A stretch of 64,000 nucleotides of DNA from an uncultured Chloroflexia bacterium (lineage in GTDB: Bacteria > Chloroflexota > Limnocylindria > Limnocylindrales > CSP1-4): the NCBI GenBank assembly GCA_963764785.1, contig CAVXTU010000001.1, forward strand, positions 1,045,754 to 1,109,753, in the 5' to 3' direction. Both the position numbers and the translations under genes were made by a program. The notes under the pieces are model-generated. The model was not told where the DNA came from, searched no databases, and was given only the letters and a program-made list of their open reading frames with translations. Positions within the stretch are counted from its first letter, which is position 1, and every line of letters begins with the position of its first letter. Below are positions 58,551 through 64,000 of the stretch, in pieces.

Positions 58551-60735
58551 GTGTCAGCACCCGAGGAAATCGATCGACCCCGACCCCAAGACGCCAGCGC
58601 CCCGTCCAAACGGCGCCCCTGGCCACTCGGCGCCAGCCCGGATCTGGCCGGGCGATGCGAAGCTGGGCGCCAGCCACGACGGCCGCGGCACGAACTTCGG
58701 TGTCTTTTCTGAGGCCGCCGACCGAGTCGAGTTGTGCCTGTTCGATGACCGTGGGCGGGAGACGCGGTCCGACCTGCCAGAGGTTACCGGCTACACCTGG
58801 CATGGCTACGTGCCGGGCGTCGGACCGGGACAGCGCTATGGCTTCCGCGTCCACGGTCCCTGGGACCCCGCATCCGGCGCACGCTGCAACCCCGCGAAAC
58901 TCCTGCTGGATCCGTATGCGCTGGCCATCGAGGGCGGCATCGAGTACCTGCCCGCGGTCTTCGGCCAGGATCTGGCGGAGCCTGACCGGCGCAACGAGGA
59001 CGACAGCGCACCCTACGTGCCGCGGTCCGTGGTGGTCGACCGGAGGTTCGACTGGGAGGACGACCGGTTGCTCGATCGGCCCGAGCACGAGTCGGTGATC
59101 TATGAGACCCACGTCAAGGGCTTCACGATGAGACACCCCGAGATCCCACCTGAGGTGCGCGGCACGTATGCCGGCCTGGCCCATCCGGCAGCCATCGATC
59201 ACCTCTCGCGGCTGGGCATCACGGCCGTGGAGCTGTTGCCCATCCACCACTTCCTGCACGATGGCTTCCTCCTCGACCGTGGCCTGCGCAACTACTGGGG
59301 CTACAACTCGATCGGTTTCTTCGCGCCACACGGTGAGTACTCGAGCGCCGGTTCCGCGGGCCAGCAGGTGGTCGAGTTCAAGCAGATGGTCAAGGGATTC
59401 CATGCGGCCGGCATCGAGGTCATCCTCGACGTCGTCTACAACCACACCGCAGAGGGCAACCACAACGGCCCCACCCTGTCGATGCGAGGCCTTGACAACC
59501 AGGAGTACTACCGCCTCGTGGAACATGACCCGCGCTACTACATGGACTACACCGGCACGGGCAATACGCTCAACGCGCGCCACCCGCACGTTCTGCAACT
59601 CATCATGGACAGCCTGCGCTACTGGATCGAAGAGATGCACGTCGACGGCTTCCGGTTCGACCTCGCTGCCGCGCTGGCCCGCGAACTGCACGACGTCGAC
59701 CGACTCTCCGCCTTCTTCGACATCATCCACCAGGATCCGGTCATCCGGCGTGTCAAGCTCATCGCTGAGCCGTGGGATGTCGGAGAGGGTGGCTACCACG
59801 TGGGCAACTTTCCGGTGCACTGGTCCGAATGGAACGGTCGCTATCGAGACACGATACGAGACATCTGGCGTGGCGAACCGGAGTCACTCTCCGACTTCGG
59901 CAGCCGCTTCACCGGAAGCTCCGATCTCTACGCGCAGACCGGCCGACTGCCCTATGCCAGCATCAACTTCGTGACCGCCCACGACGGCTTCACCCTGGCT
60001 GACCTGGTCAGCTATGACCACAAGCACAACGAGGCCAACGGCGACGGCAACAACGATGGCGAGTCCCACAACCGATCGTGGAACTGCGGCGCGGAGGGCC
60101 CTACCGAAGATCCGTCGATCAACGAGCTCCGCTCCCGCCAGCAGCGCAACATCCTCATCACGCTGCTGCTTTCGCAGGGTGTGCCGATGCTGCTCGGCGG
60201 TGATGAGCTGGGCCGTACCCAGGGGGGCAACAACAACGGCTATTGCCAGGACAACGAGCTGTCCTGGTATGACTGGGGCGCTGTCGACGCGCCGCTGCTG
60301 GCGTTCACGCAGCGCCTCATCCGCCTCCGTCAGGAGCATCCCGTGTTCCACCGCCGCCGGTGGTTCCAGGGCCGGCCGTTCCGCGGGCCGGATGTCCGTG
60401 ATATCGAGTGGTTCGGGCCGGACGGTACCCAGATGAGCGATGGCGATTGGGATGGAGCGGCCGTCAGCCTGCTCGGCATCTTCCTGTCGCCCGAGGGTCT
60501 GACCGGGATCGACGGCGAGCCGCTCGGGGACGACTCCTTCTACCTCGCCTTCAATGCGGGGTCACGCACGCGCCGCTTCCGTCTGCCAGATGAACGGCTG
60601 GGTCGCTCCTGGCGGACCATGATCGACACGGCCGCTCGCCCGGCGTTCCTTTCGCGGGCGCACGGCTACCGTGCCGGCTGGCGCGTCCGGGTCCAGGCGC
60701 ATTCCGTAGTGGTCCTGCAGCGCGTCGATGCCTGA
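58551..60735 (+). CDS. glgX: Glycogen debranching enzyme (GH13), frameshift near 58680
   Basis: PWPLGA, then GTNF.VFS..ADRVELCLFD; NYWGY, DVVYNH, DGFRFDLA, IAEPWD, AHDGFTL; start uncertain. Confidence 0.93.
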
Positions 60736-63516
60736 GGACGGCGACGCCCCGGCCCGCCCTGATCGTCGACCTCGCCGGCGACCCGCGCGTGTCATCCCCA
60801 GCAGTACCTATCGCCTGCAGCTGCGGCCGGAGTTCGGTTTCGCGGCCGCTGCCGGGGTCAGCCGCTATCTTGCGCGGCTCGGCGTCAGCCACGTGTACTC
60901 CTCGCCCTATCTGCAGGCTGCACCTGGGAGTCAGCACGGCTATGACGTGGTCGACCCACGTCGGGTCAACGAGGAGCTTGGTGGCTCACCCGGTCACCGC
61001 CGCCTTTCGCGCGTCCTCGGTGGCCTCGGGCTTGGGCAGGTGCTCGATGTCGTGCCCAACCACCTGGCCATCTCGGGTCCCGAGAACCCGTGGTGGTGGG
61101 ACGTACTGGAGAATGGCCAATCCAGCCGCTACGCACGCCACTTCGACGTCGACTGGGATCCGCCCGAGTCGCGCGATCGCAACGTGGTGCTGCTGCCCAT
61201 CCTCGGCGACCACTACGGCCGCGTGCTGGAGGCTGGCGAGCTACAGCTGGAACGCCATGGTGGCGCCATCAGCCTGCGCTATCACGACCATGTGCTGCCC
61301 CTGTCGCCGCGGTCGCTGCACCACCTGCTGACACCCGCGGCCACGCGCATCCGCTCGACGCAGCTGGGATTCCTGTCGCATTCACTGCGGGCGTTGCCCC
61401 GTTCGACGGTCACCGATCGCGAGTCCATCATGCGTCGCCACCGTGACAAGGAGGTCGTGCTTGGACTGCTTGCGCGGTTGTTCGACGAAGAGCCACGCAT
61501 ACGCGACGCCGTCGATGCCCAACTGGCATCGATGAGTGCTGACCCGGATGCCCTCGACGAGCTCCTGCAGGTCCAGAACTATCGTCTGGCCTATTGGCGT
61601 GCGGCCGAACGCGACCTTGGCTACCGTCGATTCTTCGACATCACCACGCTTATCGGTGTCCGTGTCGAGGACAAGCTGGTGTTCGAGGAGTCCCATGCGC
61701 GACTGAAGGGCTGGATCGATCGCGGAGTCCTCGACGGTGTCCGGGTCGATCACCCTGACGGTCTCCTCGACCCCACCACGTACATGCGACGCCTGCGGCG
61801 CTCGCTTCGGCGTGGTTGGCTCGTCGTCGAGAAGATCTTGATGCCCGGCGAAACGTTGCCGGGCGAATGGCCCGTCGACGGGACCACCGGGTACGACTTC
61901 CTTCGCGATGTCGTCGAGCTCATGGTGGACCCGACCGCGGAGACGACCTTCGACGAGATCCACACGCGCCACACTGGCGAGGATCGCGATTTCGAGTCCG
62001 TCACCCGGGAGACACGTGCTCTGGTCGTCCGTGAGACGCTGGGTTCCGAGCTCAACCGACTGACCGCCGCCTTCGTACGTGTCTGTGAAAGCCAGCGTCG
62101 CTACCGCGACTACACGCGCCACGAGCTGCATCAGGCCCTCCAGGCGGTGGTTGCGGTGATGCCTGTCTATCGCACCTATGCACGGCCGCAGGACGGCTTC
62201 ATCGATGATCTGGATCGCCACATCATCGACGTCGCCATCGGCACAGCTGTCGAGTCCCGGCCGGATATCGATGCCGATCTGCTCGCCTTCCTGGGGCGGA
62301 TCCTGACGCTTTCCGTCGACGATGACGCCGCCCGGGAGGTGGCCGGGAGGTTCCAGCAGCTTTCCGGCGCGGTCATGGCCAAGGGCATCGAGGACACCGC
62401 GTTCTATCGCTATGTCCGGCTGGTGGCGCTCAACGACGTTGGTTGTGAACCCAGCCGATTCGGATCGAGCGTGGCGTCGTTCCACGCCAACAATATCGCG
62501 CGCGCCACCGCACTGGCCGGGCACCATGCTGACGACTTCGACTCACGACACCAAGCGCAGCGAGGACGTTCGGGCCCGGATCGCGGTCCTCTCGGAAGTG
62601 CCTGTGCGCTGGCGCCGGACCAGTCAGCGATGGATGCGACGCTTTCGGCGTCTCTGGCGCGGCGTCCCGTTCGATGGGGTCATCGGGTATCTGGCTGCTC
62701 AGACGATCCTGGGGACCTGGCCCATCGATGCCGACCGACTGTCCGCGTATCTGCTCAAGGCGGCCCGTGAGGCCAGGCTTCGCACGTCATGGACGGAACC
62801 GGATGCCGACTATGAGGCATCGCTGGAACACTTCGCACGGGCCATCGTCGATCGACGCGGTCTTCGTCGAGGACCTGGAGCGCTTCTTGCCACCCATCGT
62901 CGCTGCCGGTCGCGTGAACTCGCTCGCACAGACCCTGCTCAAGCTGACGTCCCCGGGTGTTCCCGACATCTACCAGGGCACGGAGCTGTGGGATCTCTCA
63001 CTGGTCGATCCGGACAACCGGCGACCGGTGGACTTCGAGGCTCGGTCGGCCATGCTCGCCGACATCGAGGCAGCGGTCGATTCAGATCCGCGGCGCGGAC
63101 CCGGCCCTGACACGATCCTGGCAGCGGCTGACGAGGGCTTGCCCAAGCTGTGGGTCACGGCTCGGGTGCTGGAGGTGCGTCGGAACCGCCCGGACCTGTT
63201 CGGTCCTGAGGCCGCCTACCGGCCGGTCGCTTCGTCGGGATCCGCTGCCGCCCACGTCGTCGCCTTCGAGCGCGCCGGTGGTGCCGTGACCGTCGTCCCC
63301 CGCCTCTCGCTGAAGCTCGCCGGGGGACGCGCCGCGACTCGACTGATCGTTCCCGCCTCGCGCTGGGGTGATACCCGCATCGAGCTCGACCCGGGGCGCT
63401 GGCGGGATGTGCTCAGCGGAGGGCGGATCACGGTCCGCGCCGACGCACACCAGGTGCGCGTGGCGCGGTTGCTCGATCGCTTCCCGGTGGCGCTGCTGGT
63501 CCGGGAGGACGGATGA
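60728..63516 (+). CDS. treY: Malto-oligosyltrehalose synthase, frameshifts near 62515 and 62855
   Basis: [65 protein letters not shown]. Confidence 0.93.
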
Positions 63517-64000
63517 GCTTCAGGGTCTGGGCGCCTGACGCGGAGCAGCTCGAACTGATCGTGGGCCAGCGGCGAACGGCGATGACGGCGACCGGCGGTG
63601 GCTGGTGGGAAGCGGCCGCATCGGCACCAACGTTGACGGACGAGTACGCCATCTCGATCGACGGCGGACCGGCGCTACCCGATCCTCGCAGTGAGTGCCT
63701 CCCGAGCGGGGTCCACGGGCCTTCTCGTCGCGTCGATCACGCTGCCTTCAGCTGGTCCGATGCGGACTTCCAGCCGCGGCCGTTGCGGGAGGCCGTCATC
63801 TACGAGCTGCACGTCGGTACGTTCAGCCCGGATGGCACCTTCGACGGCGTGGTCACCCGGCTCGACCACCTCGTCGAGCTCGGAGTCAGCCACGTCGAGC
63901 TCATGCCCGTGCATGCGTTCGCGGGTCAGCATGGCTGGGGCTATGACGTCGCCGGCTTCTTTGCGCCCCATGTGCCGTACGGAGGTCCCGATGGTCTGAA
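63513..64000 (+). CDS. treZ: Malto-oligosyltrehalose trehalohydrolase, partial
   Basis: Read manually: MSFRVWAP...PDPRS..P.GVHGPS...IYELHVGTF...VELMPV...WGYD; open to the window end. Confidence 0.92.
   Translation, partial: MSFRVWAPDAEQLELIVGQRRTAMTATGGGWWEAAASAPTLTDEYAISIDGGPALPDPRSECLPSGVHGPSRRVDHAAFSWSDADFQPRPLREAVIYELHVGTFSPDGTFDGVVTRLDHLVELGVSHVELMPVHAFAGQHGWGYDVAGFFAPHVPYGGPDGL

Noticed and set aside
58551-64000. glgX-treY-treZ as a novel system
   Set aside because: This is the well-known glycogen-to-trehalose operon.

Overview
High-GC bacterial chromosomal segment, gene-dense, with about 52 CDSs. Gene content and signal-peptide style suggest Chloroflexota or Actinomycetota; this is inference. 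No rRNA, tRNA, CRISPR array or mobile element is visible. Content: ABC, MFS, ClC, MscS and K+ transporters; two orphan sugar-kinase clusters (3.1-5.8 kb and 41.1-47.0 kb); metA-metY; FAD and F420 oxidoreductases; a circularly permuted ATP-grasp/alpha-E/transglutaminase operon; and glgX-treY-treZ. At least ten genes are split by single-base frameshifts, probably long-read indels. The most unusual signal is a set of modular exported proteins that share domains. Two tandem META + coiled-coil + 6-Cys proteins share a gaplessly alignable coiled coil with a His-less YcnI-like protein. They also share a Cys-rich domain with a zinc-ribbon/TM/Pro-Thr-stalk protein. All product calls come from motif recognition by eye; no database searches were run.
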